DNA of 64,000 bases from Octopus vulgaris (GCA_951406725.2 OX597831.1:71672001-71736000); one strand, 5' to 3'; shown: positions 1-14,500, counted from the first letter of the stretch. Notes: generated by a model from the sequence alone, not told the origin. Made by a program: numbers and translations.

Positions 1-43
1 GCAACACCGGTTGTCAAGCGGCGGTAGGGTTACAAGTAGACAA

Positions 44-104
<61 letters not shown>

Positions 105-272
105 TGTATCTATGTATGTATGCATGTATGTATATATACGACGGGCTTCTTTCAGCTTCCGTCTACCAAATTCACTCACAAGGTTTTGGTCACCGCCCAA
201 GGTGCTATGCAGAGGGATGGAACCCAGAACCATGCAGTTGGGAAGCACGCTTCTTACCACATAGCCACGCAG
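1..272 (-). mobile_element. SINE family A, cut by the window edge
   Basis: Reverse-complement match to 1157-1470. Confidence 0.8.
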
Positions 273-1156
273 GTTGTATTAATTTCTACAACATTCATGA
301 AATTCAATGTGAGTTACTTAAAAGAAAACACTGTGTTGATGTGTGTTTCCGATAGCCTACATTTTTAACAATTCTTACGATTCCATTTTTGTAGCATGCA
401 AAGTGGCTTAGGGTGCAAATATTTCAACATTCCTTCACACAATTATTCCGGTATCAATGCAATTGATCATTGCAGAGTGCATAGTGCTTTAAATTCCAGA
501 AATGCTTTGCGTTTCCCAGAGCTGTAAAGGTTCTTTCCTATCTGTTATATATTTTATATATTTACATCAAATCTTTTGGTCTGTTATCCCACCCAAAAAT
601 ATCTTTTCATATATTCCTTAAATACACGTATTATCTATCATCACATGTACATGAGTGTTTGTTTTACAATTTTCAAACAACATAATCTCTTTTCTGTTCT
701 AATTTAATAAAAATTTATTTATGTCAATAACCGTTTAAATTTTATTGCAAAAAGTCTTCAAAAGTTACTGCAAATTCTTACCAGAAAATAACAAACAATA
801 TTTGTGGTTTGCTACTAATAAAATTTCAATACATTTTTATACCGCGAGTAAACCCAAGCTATTGCAATACCTAGGGACCAGGTATTGCAGTAGCCTGAGT
901 TTCATAGGTACTTTTTCTATCGTCCCTCTTTTTGTCGAACTCACACACATACACACACACATAATGTGTGTGTGTTAAAAACATATAATAAATGCACAAA
1001 CAGAAAACACACGCAGGTGTTATAGGCCAGGTTATGCGCAATTTCGCGTCTTCAGCGATAATATTAATCCACTTCTGGTGGCTCCAGCCGCATGAGGCTG
1101 CCGAGGAATGGCAAGCCAACAAACAAGGGACCAAACATGATAAAAAGGGAATAAAC

Positions 1157-1322
1157 AGGAGAAGGAGTGGCTGTGTGGTAAGTAGCTTGCTAACCAACCA
1201 CATGCTTCCGGGTTCAGTCCCACTGCATGGCATCTTGGGCAAGTGTCTTCTGCTATAGCCCCGGGCCGACCAATGCCTTGTGAGTGGATTTGGTAGACGG
1301 AAACTGAAAGAAGCCTGTCGTA

Positions 1323-1419
<97 letters not shown>

Positions 1420-1631
1420 TTGTGTGTCTGTGTTTGTCCCCCTAGCATTGCTTGACAACCGATGCTGGTGTGTTTACGTCCCCGTTACTTAGCGGTTCGG
1501 CAAAACAGACCGAAAGAATAAGTACTGGCCTTACAAAGAATAAGTCTCGGGGTTGATTTGATCTCGACTAAAGGCGGTGCTCCAGCATGGCCGCAGTCAA
1601 ATGACTGAAACAAGTAAAAGAGTAAAAGAGT
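1157..1631 (+). mobile_element. SINE family A, full length (tRNA-derived head, internal microsatellite, GAGTAAAA tail)
   Basis: Pol III A-box TGGCTGTGTGG, B-box GGTTCAGTCCC, cttgggcaagt motif, central (TA)n(TG)n, conserved 3' half; about 20 copies in the window. Confidence 0.9.
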
Positions 1632-1959
1632 AAACAAACGAGAAGTAAATATACAAACCAGAAACTGGAGATACGAACATGAATATATGTGATTCAAGAC
1701 GTGACTATTAGTGGACGAACGAGGGAGAAAGATGATAAGAAACAAGAGGAATTGTGAACATAGGAAAAAACTGAAAAAAATAAGCAGAATACGGCCTTGA
1801 AGAGCTGCAGAGGTCGAAAATATGGTTAACGCCACAAGGAATATCTTAAAATATTAGAAACAGAAGGACTACAGATAGACAGCGAAATGGATTCAGAGTG
1901 GGAGACGAGAGAAAATATGACCATACATACATACATACATACATACATACATACATACA

Positions 1960-1990
<31 letters not shown>

Positions 1991-2011
1991 GATATGTAAT
2001 ATGTATATACA

Positions 2012-2382
2012 TAGGCGCAGGTATGGCTGTGTGGTAAGAAATTTGTTTCTCAACCACATAGTTTTGGGTTCAGTACCATTGCGTGACACCTTGGGCAAGT
2101 GTCTACTACTATAGCCTCGGCCTTGTGAGTGGATGTGGCAGATGGAAACTAAGAGAAGCATGCTGTGTAAATATATCTATATCTATATATATATATATAT
2201 ATATATGCGTGTGTGTATTGACAATCGGTGTTAATATATTTATATCCGCATAACTTAGTAGCTCGCTAAAAGAGACCGATGGAATAAGTAGTAGGTTTTT
2301 AAAAAACATGTCCAGGGGGCAATTCATTCGACTAAGGAAGTGCTCCAGCATGGCTGCAGTTTAATGACTGAAACAAATAAAG
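2012..2382 (+). mobile_element. SINE family A, diverged
   Basis: Head, microsatellite and tail match 1157-1631. Confidence 0.8.
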
Positions 2383-2402
2383 TTTAAAAATACATATATA
2401 TG

Positions 2403-3291
2403 GTACAGTGAATGATCTGTCGTCTAAATTACGCAAAAATTTAAATAACACTGACATCTCATTCTAACAAATATATTTACCAAAATTACTTCAAAAAATA
2501 CCTTGAAACACTAAAGAATCAATATATTCAATAAAATCGCCATTGGCTCCAGCCATGGTCTCCAGACCACTTTGGAATCTCCTGCAAGTCTTCTGGACGA
2601 TCTCCCTGTTTACGCTGGCAAATACCGCAATAAGCCTTGCCTTCAGTTCATCTTTGGTATTACAAGAAGTTTTGTTTTCCTCTCACTCAACTGAGTCCCA
2701 CATATAATAATCAAGAGGGCTGCAGTCTGGGGAGATAAGTGGTCAGATGTTAGGAGTAGTGTATTCGCAGAAATTTTCTGACAACCATCACTGGGTTCTC
2801 CTGTTCGTGTGGCATGGTGCAGAATCCTGTTGCCAGACATAGGGTCTTCCAGCAGCCACCCTCTTGACCCAGGGCAGCACTACCACCTCCAGTCACTTGA
2901 TGTTGGCCTCCGTGTTGAGTGTGAGGCTGAGTGAGAAGACGAATGGAGGCATAACGTCGCCATCACTAGTGATCACTCCAAACACCATAATGTTGACTGG
3001 ATGTTTGATTTTTATCACTCTCGGTACATTTCCTCAGATTTCATTGTCCTCAGATTGACACCCAAACACTCTGAAATGTTCGTGTTGGAGCTTCCGGCGC
3101 GAATCCCAAGAATCACAGCATGTCGTTTCCAAATTTCTGGCAGGGTGAATCCCGTCATGGTGCTGTTTATCTCACAGACGGTGCTTAACTGACCCTACTA
3201 TACTGTGTAGCCGACAAAATGAAAAACAAACAATGCGCGTACGCGAAATTAAAACTATAAAATAGCGACAATTTACCCATCGCACGCCGTA
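2403..3291 (-). mobile_element. Decayed, internally deleted maT-type (DD37D) Tc1/mariner transposon
   Basis: Minus-strand translation IMVFGVITSDG...GRPYVWQQDSAPCHTNRRTQ*WLSENFCEYTTPNI*PLISPDCSPLDYY, with 37 residues between the 2nd and 3rd catalytic Asp and in-frame stops; TIR-like end at 3266-3291. Confidence 0.85.
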
Positions 3292-3334
3292 CATATATGC
3301 ATACATATATATTTATACAACGAATTGCCACATA

Positions 3335-3573
3335 TATTTCTTTACTACCCACAAGGGGCCAAACACAAAGGGGACAAACAAGGGCAGACAAAAGGATCAA
3401 GTCGATTACATCGACCCCAATGCGTAACTGGTACTTAATTTATCGACCCCGAAAGGATGAAAGGCAAAGTCGACCTCGGCGGAATTTGAACTCAGAACGT
3501 AACGGCAGACGAAATACGGCTACGCATTTAGCCCGGCATGCTAACGTTTCTGCCAGCTCGCCCCCCCCCCCCC
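3335..3573 (-). mobile_element. SINE family B monomer with TSD
   Basis: Head GGCGAGCTGGCAGAAACG, B-box GAGTTCAAATTCC, core GGTCGACTTTGCCTTTCATCCTTTCGGGGTCGATAAA; 13-bp TSD GAATTGCCACATA (3322-3334, 3577-3589). Confidence 0.9.
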
Positions 3574-3964
3574 TAGGAATTGCCACATAGTCGTCGTCTA
3601 GCAATTTCGCTCACAAGGCATTGGTCAGCTGTGAGTAGCGGTAGAAGACATTTGCCCAAGGGACTGCGGAGCGACACTGAACCCGAAACTACAGGCTTGT
3701 AAAGCGAACTTCTTAACAACAAAGCCATACCGCATCCTAAAACATCATACTTAATTTCCTCTTCTTCTAATCTCTATAATCGTTTGCAGACCTTTCTTGG
3801 ATTATTCCAGCGTCACTGATTATATTTTTTTCTTTTTTGCTTCCTAATATTAGCCAACAGACTTGAACATTTTTTGTATATCTTTTCAGTATTTACACAA
3901 CCATATTTTATAAATTCTCATCAACCCACGGAAGTATGCATACGGTTCTTTCATTCTTTTATTC

Positions 3965-4223
3965 TTATATTATTTTTCTTGTTTCAGTCATTTGACTGCT
4001 GCCATGCTGGAGTACCACCTTAAGGGGTTTTAGTCGAACGAATCGACTCCAGGACTTATTCTTTGTGAACCTAGTACTTATTCTATCGGCCACTTTCGCC
4101 GAACCGCGAAGTTACGGGAGACGTAAACACACTAATATCGGTTGTCAAGCGATGGTGTGGGGGTGGAGACAACCACAGAAACAAACACAAATATATACAT
4201 CTATGTATATGTATGTATATGCA

Positions 4224-4275
<52 letters not shown>

Positions 4276-4324
4276 TATATATATATGTATGTATATATAT
4301 ATATATATACGTATGTATATATAT

Positions 4325-4373
<49 letters not shown>

Positions 4374-4680
4374 TATATATGTATATATATATATACATAT
4401 ACGTATGTATACATATACATGTATATATATACATGTGTGTATATATTTTGTGTTTGTTTTGTCCTTCACCACCAGTCGACAACTAGTGTTGGTTTGTTTA
4501 CATCCCCGTAACTTATAACCTAGCGTTTCGGCAAAAGGCAACTGATAGAACAATTAAGTACCAAAATTTTTAAAAAACAAGAACTTAGGTCAATTTTTCT
4601 TTAAGCAAAACCCTCAAAGGCGGTGCCCCTGCGCGGATGCATTCCGATGCCTGAAACAAAAGATAACAGATAAAAGATAG
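3965..4680. mobile_element. Two SINE A 3' halves in inverted orientation joined by a microsatellite
   Basis: 3965-4190 is a minus-strand 3' half and 4445-4680 a plus-strand 3' half; no heads are attached. Confidence 0.7.
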
Positions 4681-5177
4681 AATATTTTACTTTTTGTAGG
4701 TATTTTAGAATCCCTTTCGTGATCTTGAACTAACTATATATATTTTTTTGGCACATAATTTACGTTATACAATAATTCAAATACTTTTAAGAATGACAGA
4801 TATGCTTCGCCATTATTGTTTTCTTCGTTCAATATTTTCAAACTTTATGTTTGTTATTCATTTTTGAAAATGTTCATGGATTCCTTTGTTATCGTTCTTT
4901 TATATTTGAAATTATTGCAATCTTTAACATTCCTATAATCGCTTTCTTATATAATACAAAACTTACTCTTGTCATCATTTACTAACAGTCAGCTCAGTGT
5001 CTTCCCGGCCGTTGAGCTGGCAGAATCATTAGCAACTTTCAGGAACAATAGTGGTTTCTTGATGCAAAAGGTTGTAAATTTTTCCCATATCGAAGTTCGA
5101 TAAGCTGAAAAAAGTTATTTTATAGTTCACAATTAGCAACTGGGGTTGCTTTGAATGCGAATAAAAAATCCAAAATT

Positions 5178-5590
5178 AGGCGCAGGAGTGGCTGTGTGGT
5201 AAGTAGCTTGCTTACCAACCACATAGTTCCGGGTTCAGTCCCACTGCGTGGCACCTTGGGCAAGTGACTGCTACTATAGCCCCGGGCTGACCAATGCCTT
5301 GTGAGTGGATTTGGTAGACGGAAACTGAAAGAAGCCTGTCGTATATATGTATATATATATGTGTGTATGTGTTTGTGTGTCTGTGTTTGTCCCCCTAGCA
5401 TTGCTTGACAACCGATGCTGGTGTGTTTACGTCCCCGTCACTTAGCGGTTCGGCAAAAGAGACCGATAGAATAAGTACTGGGCTTACGATAGAATAAGTC
5501 CCGGGGTCGAGTTGCTCGATTAAAGGTGGTGCTCCAGCATGGCCGCAGTCAAATGACTGAAACAAGTAAAGGAGTAAAAAGAGAGAGTAA
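5178..5590 (+). mobile_element. SINE family A, full length, young
   Basis: Near-identical to 1157-1631 and 41723-42212. Confidence 0.9.
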
Positions 5591-6754
5591 TTAGATAAAA
5601 TCCTGGATGTTTTGAGAAGTACCTTCTTCCGATGTGTGTTTTGCGCGCGCGCACATGTGTGTGTGTGTGCACATAAATATATTTAATAGAACGATATTGA
5701 AATTCCCACAAATGGACATAAGGTTTTGAATTGCTTTTACAAACATATCTTAAAGACTATCAATATTTCATCTAAGGCTTCTGCAAATACGATTCCCGTT
5801 TGCATTCTTCTTTAATAGACATTTCTATTGTAACACATTCAAACAAGCTATCAGAATGCGATGTCGTGTCTTCTACCATCGAGCTTTAGGTGTTTTCACT
5901 CAATAAATACACGCAACGCCCGGTCTGGGAATCGAAACCGCGATCCTCCGACCGCGAGTCCACTGCCCTAACCACTGGGCCATTGCGCCTCCATCATATT
6001 ATATACTACTAGCTTTAAAAAGAAGGCATAACGTGGTCCTTGATATGCAATGTTTCAGTAAAACACGGTATGGTGGCGACGGGGAAGCTTTTGGTGATAG
6101 ATTAGAGTTAATTTGGTGTTAAACAACAACCACAAAAACAATAAATAATAGCAACAACAACAATAATAACGTCAACAACGAATAACTCAGCTTGGTAGCT
6201 GCTCTAAGTATTTTATCAATTTCGTAGCTACTTAAAGTAATTGTAATATTTTTGTCTGATATCTTCCAGCATTTCAGTGTTTGTGCATGATGCAGATAGC
6301 GAGAGATAATATCTATAGAAGCACACACACACACACGCACGCGCATGTATAATCGCTCTCAAATACGTGCGCGTACACAGACGAACACAGATTTATATAC
6401 ACAAGGTGCAGGAATGGCTGTGTGGTTAGTAGCTTGCTTACCAGCCACACGGTTCTTGGTTCAGTCCCACTGCGTGGCATCTTAGGCAAGTGTCTTCTAC
6501 TATAGCTTCGGGCCGACCAAAGCCTTGTGAGTGGATTTGGTAGACGGAAACTGAAAGAAGCCCGTCGTATATACGTATGTGTGTGTATATGTTTGTGTGT
6601 CTGTGTTTGTCCCACCAACATCGCTTGACAACCGATGCTGGTGTGTTCACATCCCCGTAACCTAGCGGTTTGGCAAAAGGGACCGATAGAATAAGTACTA
6701 GGCTTACAAAGAATACGTTCCGGGATTTGCTCGACTAAAGGCGGTACTCCAGCA

Positions 6755-7344
<590 letters not shown>

Positions 7345-7946
7345 CACATATATTACAAGCATACCTACCTACATAAATAAGATTTAGGATAGGACATAGG
7401 ATAGAGCTATGAATTATATTGTAGTTATCATTTACCTGCAGCGAAGTGCAACAGATATCGATTGAAATTAGGTGACACGACTAGATGTGTCCTGCTTCTC
7501 GAATAATTATTGAAACACTCTGGAAAAATATCAGACAATTGGGCACTATCATTAGAGGCAACGTAAATAATGAAATTCTCGAAATTCCAGCTACAACTTA
7601 ATGCTATATAAACAGTCCTGATTTCAAAATGCTTCCCGTGTCAGGCTCTAGGGTTAGGAAACCCTAGATTGTAAGCAAAATTACCCCTTCACTGACACTG
7701 TTGCAAGTTGCTCCCGACCCGCAACATTAACGCATACGAAAGTAGCAGAGTAAACTACATTACTAACTATCTTCACCCAAGATAGGGTACGGGATCTTGC
7801 TGTACTGGTCCTTGAGTATATTATGCAAATGTGCATGTGACTTGCGAATGGATGGTCAACCATGATTAATTGACAAACTACCCCAAAACCAAGTTTAGTG
7901 ATCAACTGGGGAGAAAGTCTTATTTATCTAGGGAAAACAGCTCTCT

Positions 7947-8369
7947 TATTTCTTTACTATCCACAAGGGGCTACACACAGAGGGGACAAACAAGGACAGA
8001 CAAAAGGATCAAGCCGATTATATCGATCCCAATGCGTAACTGGTACTTATTTTATCAACCCTGAAAGGATGAAAAGCAAAGTCGACCTCGGCGGAATTTG
8101 AACTCACAACGGAGCGGCAGACGCAATACCTATTTCTTTACTACCCTCAAGGGGCTAAACACAGAGAGGACAAATAAGGACAGACAAACGGATTAAGTCG
8201 ATTATATCGACCCCAGTGCGTAACTGGTACTTAATTTATCGACTCCGAAAGGATGAAAGGCAAAGTCGACCTCACCGGAATTTGAACTCAGAACGTAACG
8301 GCAGACGAAAGACGAAATACCGCTAAGCATTTCATCCGGCGTGCTAACGTTTCTGCCAGCTTGCCGCCT
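7947..8369 (-). mobile_element. SINE family B dimer
   Basis: Full unit plus a headless second unit with junction aaagaaata|ggtatt. Confidence 0.85.
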
Positions 8370-8519
8370 ATCTAACACATGACAAGTCGATAAAAATATC
8401 CAATTAACAGAGCGCTCGGTCAGTGATCAAGTCCGACGATATTTTAACTATTTCTTAAACTTTAACTTTTTATTATAGGCAAGTGGCTAAGAAAAGACCA
8501 TAAAGCTTATGAGCCCGAA

Positions 8520-9110
8520 TGCACCTGAGTTACAGGAGGAAGAAATCTTGGAGTACAAGCTAGAAAAATTCCAAATACTGATCTAGAACATCATTAGACT
8601 TTCAGAATCTAAGAGAATGGTTGAATGTTGAACAAACTTAAATGAGGCATGTTGGCCACATAATATACGGTAAACAGAAGCAAGCGATTGAGGGAATTGG
8701 ATTCTTTGTAAGTAGAAGAAAGAAAAATTTGTTCTAAACTTTAACCATGTTCAGAAAGAGTCATCATTTTGAAATTACATCGTCAGAAAAGAGAAAGGAT
8801 AACGGCCATACTGGTTTATTCAACATAGATTATGAAGGTGTGTGAAGAACTGGAGAAAGCAATAGACAACAATAAATCCATGGGAGATTGTAATCCTGAA
8901 CAATGGGAAATTGAAAATAAAAGGAGTAAAGACCAGATATGATAAAGGGCAATTCTTGACACATTTTGCTGATAGATAAAACTTCGTATAAACACTTCAC
9001 TTGAGAAAGAAGGAATAAGCATTGGATGTGGTAAAGTCCAAAAGTTCAAGCAGAGATCAAATATGTTTTATCTTAACTTGTACAAAAGCGTTGGCCGAGA
9101 TTGAGGAGTT
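8520..9110 (+). mobile_element. Decayed AP-endonuclease region of a LINE
   Basis: Remnants NIIRLSE, GIGFFV, SERVIILKL and a WxWxSP-like motif, with many stops. Confidence 0.45.
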
Positions 9111-9162
9111 ACTGAAAGAAAAGATATCTTATTATCTTATATTATTTTGAATTTCTTTACCA

Positions 9163-9458
9163 AGGCGCAGGTGTGGCTATGCGGTAAGAAACTTGCTGCC
9201 TAACCATACTGTTCCAGATCCAATCCCACTGCGTGGCACCTTGGGCAAATGTTTTCTATTATAACCTCGGACCGACTTAAGCCTTGTGGGTGGATTTGGT
9301 AGACTGAAACTGGAAGAAGTCCGGTGTATGTATGTATGTATGTATGTATGTATGTATGTATGTATGTATGTATGTATGCATGTATGTATGTTTGTATGTT
9401 TGTATGTATGTATGTATGTATGTATGTATATATGCATGTATGTTTGTATGTATGTATG

Positions 9459-9492
<34 letters not shown>

Positions 9493-9602
9493 TGTATGTA
9501 TGTATGTATGTATGTATGTATGTATGTATGTGGGAGTGTATGTTTGTATGTATGTATGTATGTATGTATATATGCATGTATGTATGTATGTATGTATGTA
9601 TG

Positions 9603-9636
<34 letters not shown>

Positions 9637-9907
9637 TGTTTGTATGTATGTATGTATGTATGTATGTATGTATGTATGTGTGTATGTATGTATGTGGGAG
9701 TGTATGCATGTATGTATGTGTGTATATAGATATATATAAGAAATTAAAAACGGAAAATACGCACACTTACATGGTTATAGTATAATTTTTTATGTATCGA
9801 CCGGTTTCGCAATCGCTATTCATGATATAATGTTTAATTTATATGAAAATATATTTTTTCTTAAGAAGAAATTGGGTCCATGTTGTTTGTAATGAAATTC
9901 ACGAGTA

Positions 9908-9960
<53 letters not shown>

Positions 9961-10334
9961 TTGCGTCAGAAATTAATTAGCACTTCTCAAATTTCTACAT
10001 TAAATAGGTTAAATCAATTAACCTATGAGCTGTTCAAAACGTCTTACGCGATGAGAAAACTTAGTATGGTGTGATTTCGGTCCTTGCGAGGCGCTACCTA
10101 TATTTATTAAACAAAGGAAGATTTGTCTGCATCCGCACTCCAAGTTGTTGTTGCACTGCTATGTCAACATCATAAGGCTGTAGACTCTCAAACTGCTCTG
10201 CAAACAAAGTTACGTCATCGGTCTGCGCAACAGTGAACTCGCAACAAAGCAATAGTTCGAGATATGGCCACTAGGTGACAGCACATACCTTGAGTGAAGA
10301 GCAAATCAAGGGTGCTAATTAATTTCTGACGGTA

Positions 10335-10381
<47 letters not shown>

Positions 10382-10620
10382 CATAATTACATATATGTAT
10401 CTGTGTATGTGTCAGTGTTTGTCCCCCGCTACCGCTTAACAACCAGTGTTGGTTTGTTTACGTCCCCGTAATTTCGCGGTTCAGCAAAAGGACCGATAGA
10501 ATAAGCACCAGACTTAGGTAGAAAAAAATAAGTATTGGAGTCGATTCAAGCGACTAGTAATTCTTCGGGGTGGTGCCCCAACATGGCCACATTTTAATGA
10601 CTAAAACGAGTAGAAGGAAA
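9163..10620 (+). mobile_element. SINE family A with expanded (TATG)n and nested insertions
   Basis: Head 9163-9325, 3' half 10400-10620, with microsatellite, a hammerhead-like fragment and a MITE in between. Confidence 0.75.
9958..10337. mobile_element. Tc1/mariner-type MITE (380 bp)
   Basis: 26-bp TIR, 24/26 match (CACTTGCGTCAGAAATTAATTAGCAC / GTGCTAATTAATTTCTGACGGTAGTG), inserted in (TA)n. Confidence 0.85.
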
Positions 10621-11537
10621 AAAACGATAGCCATGTGATAACTAGTGACTTCCAAATAGCAAGTCCTCTCCAGTGTCATACATGAATGACTTTCACAAAA
10701 TGTTTTCTGATATCAGTAAAATCTTCATTCGGATCAGATTAAGTTGCCTGCTCTTACGCTTCTTCTCTCATCACTCACTATTTCAACACTTGGTATCTTC
10801 AGAATCTTTCCTCTCAACTCTGATATGAACAAATATTTACATTCTAACGTGTTATTGGGCACTTTACCTTAAATTGTGGATCCCTCCACCAGTTTTTAAA
10901 ATTATCTCTGTGTGTGTGTGAGAATATATATAAAAGCATATACGCAGACACACATACAAACACACATACCACACGCACGTACATACATGCATAAACGTTA
11001 AAATCTTTTCATGGTCGCTCCTAATCATATAGTTCTTTCTCTTGTAGAGGAAACCAACTGTTACTCCACAACGATCTTTCTCGACGAAGGCGCCTTTTCA
11101 CGCATAACGCGTAAGTTTTTGCTTTTTTCCTATCGTTACTACGCAGCCCTTTGCACCTAAATGCTTGCTGGAAGGATTTTCAAACAACGTCAGCCTCATC
11201 TCCAAACATAACCAAAATTCCCACCATGTCCATGCTTCTTTAATTTTCCCGCAGACATCAGTTTGAAGAGAAATATCAACAACTTCCCTCTCAGAGCATG
11301 TGTGGATGCTATGGACACGGCTCTTTCGTCCAGAAGAAACAGTTAAAAAAAAATAATAGAAAGAATATCTTTGTACTTCACGTCATATATGAATCCTATC
11401 AACAACGACATTAAAAACTACTCATTGCACATTTGAATACATACATCAAAACATCTCATTACACTCTGTATTTATTAGTATATATCGCACATATTAATAC
11501 GTATGGCATATAATATACGTATCGGAACATAAACATA

Positions 11538-11940
11538 AGGCGGTGAGATGACAGAAACGTTAGCACGTCGGGCGAAATGCTTAGCGATATTTCGCCTGCC
11601 GCTACGTTCTCAGTTCAAATTCCGCCGAGGTCGACTTTGCCTTTCATCCTTTCGGGGTCGATTAAATAAGTACCAGTTACGCACTGGGGTCGATATAATC
11701 GACTTAATCCGTTTGTCTGTCCTTGTTTGTCCTCTCTGTGTTTAGTCCCTTGTGGGTAATAAAGAAATAAGTATTTCGCTCGTGTCCACGTTCTGAGTTG
11801 AAATTCCGTCGAGGTCGACTTTGCCTTTGAACCTTCTGTGGTCGATTAAATAAGTACCAGTTGTGTACTGGGATTGATGTAATCGACTTACTCCCTCCTC
11901 CGAAATTGCTGGTCTTGTACCAAAATTTGGAATCAACATA
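11538..11940 (+). mobile_element. SINE family B dimer whose second unit carries an alternative tail
   Basis: Junction aaagaaata|agtatttcg at ~11770; tail gaaattgctggtcttgtaccaaaatttgga. Confidence 0.8.
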
Positions 11941-13451
11941 CAAATCAGAAGATATTGCACGTAACAATTCATATAAACACACAGCATTACAATCACATTT
12001 CTTTCAAACAATACTCAAAAAAACCTTTACAAATGTTTCAAATGCTCTTCAATCTCTGCGGATTTCTCATAGTAACACAATTTTCAAAACACCGCGAAAT
12101 GCAGCACGGTGGCTAGTGACTCTCTGCTGTGATAGAAGTTGTCTAACTCTAAATAGTTTAGGCCCACATGAGAATACTGTTGACCCTTGAGTGACGCAGC
12201 AGTTCCTACACAAACAAATATTTGGGATCGTATTCTGAATGAAGTTAATCATACTGATTAACAAGGATTCGCTCATCAAAACATTTTCCATGACAAATTC
12301 ATTTACATTCTCTGTCCTTCTTTTATCTAATTTCACTACCACTACAACAGCTTTTACTCTTCTGAACTATTATACTTGCACAAATCTGTCTGATGCATCT
12401 GAGACCCTTTCCCAACTCTTCTTAAACTGATGGAATTACAATTGTCTGGAAGTCCCTTTCTGCCAACGTTTAAGCTACAGATATTTTCAATAATTGATTA
12501 TTTAATCAGTGTAAAACACGAGACAAACGTTCACAAGCCCTTATAAGTTGGTTTTCCGCGATAATAAGAAAAACCTGACATTTTAGGCTGAGATTTTTTC
12601 ATCAGAGAGTATGTATTCTATTAGCGTATCCTATATACAGCGGCTACATGATGCGGTGATACGCTTGCTGCTGATGAACTGTGTATCACGGTTTCGTTTC
12701 TTGTTTGGACATTTTTGCAACATTCTTTCAAAATCATCATCATCGTCAACCCCGTTACATTACTGCTTCATGTCCTATGCTTTCTATAAGTGACTGAAAT
12801 CCCAACATACCCCTGAACGGGAAGCCAATCTGTTGCGGAATTACTCATTTTACAGCTGAATGGACAAGAACAACGTAAAATGGAGTGTCTTGCTCAGGAA
12901 CTCAAGACAATCTTGTAAGCAACAAACACCCTAACCACTTGGACACATGCATTCTCTTCGACACTATCCACTGAGAAAATATGAACAACGGAACTTGTAT
13001 GCCTTTTATGTGAAGTAGCCCTCCCAGTCTCCCCAGAAAAAGCAGCGCAAAGCTGTCTGTTATGTACCCCTCAACTGTATCCATGGTTAAAACATTTAAC
13101 TCACAAGTTTCTTAAATGTAACTTCTAGTAAATCATACACATATAACCTGACTGCTGTCAACAAAGACCATACGGTAACCTTGATGTGTTATACTGCAGT
13201 CATAGTTTGGAGTTCAATTCTTCCCTTAGATATAAACATAAAATGGTTGGAGTTCCAATGTTTTCATTTTTAAGCCCAAGCCTTTAACTGATAATGGACA
13301 TGATTGCCAACCCTCTGACTTTAGGATGCACAAGTTTTCAACATTATCATGGTACGCCAGGATTCATTCATTCGACCACGCACATTTTATTAAGTTTAAA
13401 TATCAGTGCAACTTCTGTTACTCTTAAAGTAATCTTTTGTCTAATTGTGAA

Positions 13452-13665
13452 AGCGGTGAGTTGACAGAATCGTTAGCACGCTGGAAAAATTGGTTAGCGG
13501 CATTTCGTTCATCTTTACGTTCTGAGTAGAAATTCCGCCGAGGTTGACTATGCTTTTCATCCTTTCGGGGTCGATAAACTAAGTACCCGTTGAGTACATT
13601 GGGCAATGTAATTGGCTTACTCCCTCCCACCAAAATTGCTGGTCTTGTGTCAAAACTTGAAATCA
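13452..13665 (+). mobile_element. Older SINE B with the alternative tail; similar diverged minus-strand copies at ~14980-15185, 15205-15380, 19660-19916, 27460-27650, 46615-46800, 56790-56990, 63535-63700
   Basis: Shared core gaaaggcaaagtcgacctcggcggaatttgaactcag (as read on the minus-oriented copies). Confidence 0.8.
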
Positions 13666-13959
13666 ATCTTTTGTCTAGGTGGACTGAGACAACGATCTGA
13701 TCTCATTTTTTTCTCTGGAACTGCTTGCGACACAACGAGCTGTCGGAGGAACCTCAACATTGTCGCTCGGACCTAGAAATAGCAATCAATTCTCCCTTAA
13801 ATCATTTCTTTCTGTCATCTAAAAAGAATATGAATGGCTGAATCGTGCTGCATAGACAGTGTGGAAAATGTCAGGGATGATCATGGACGAAATATTTGTG
13901 GTCATAGTGTGTTGAGTTAAAAAGTTTTGTAATATTTGCTTTGCTCATCAAGTTGCAAC

Positions 13960-14500
13960 AAAAGCAGTCCAGCATCTAAAGTGGTGGCCATGGTGCTGCA
14001 CCGGCTGAAGCCACCTTCCCACCAGTTCTTTGATCCCACGCTGATATCAGTTCTTGTTCTACGAGGAAAAGGACTCCTTCACTGAAGCTTCCGCTACTTC
14101 TTGGTTGATGAAGCGTCGTGAGCGTAGGATTTGGGTTATGGAGCGGAACAAGTAATAATCCGACGGAGCTAAGTTGAGTGTGGCATCAATTCGTTCCCCT
14201 CAAGTTTCTGGAATCTATTTCGAGTCACTCGAGCAGTAGGAGTTCTTGCGTTGTCTTACCGAAGAAGAGTTCGCTTTCTGTCCACCAATACCGGGTATTT
14301 TTACCCCACACTGGAATACATCGGCTCCAGGTATTTGGAGTACAGGTTTGCATCGATGTTTCGACCGTCCGGAACGAACTCGTAATGAATTATCCCCTCA
14401 TAATTCCACCAAACGCAAAAAGCATCATCTTGCGTTTTGAAACGCCCATGTTTGGCGGTAGGCTCCAGAAGTTGGCCTCTTGATTAACCACTCCTTATTT
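13960..14500 (-). mobile_element. Decayed mariner transposase fragment
   Basis: Minus-strand remnants VWWNYEGIIHYEFVPDGRNIDANLY..., DNAR..., LAPSDYYLFRS..., YQRGIKELV, with stops and frameshifts. Confidence 0.8.

Noticed and set aside
871-1458. Recurrent ORFs of the type [19 protein letters not shown] (many loci)
   Set aside because: Antisense translations of SINE A; their recurrence reflects the repeat, not a gene family.
10620-12470. Possible minus-strand CR1/L2 remnants
   Set aside because: Only vague motifs (QGSV-like, GPKLF) are visible; too decayed to delimit by eye.
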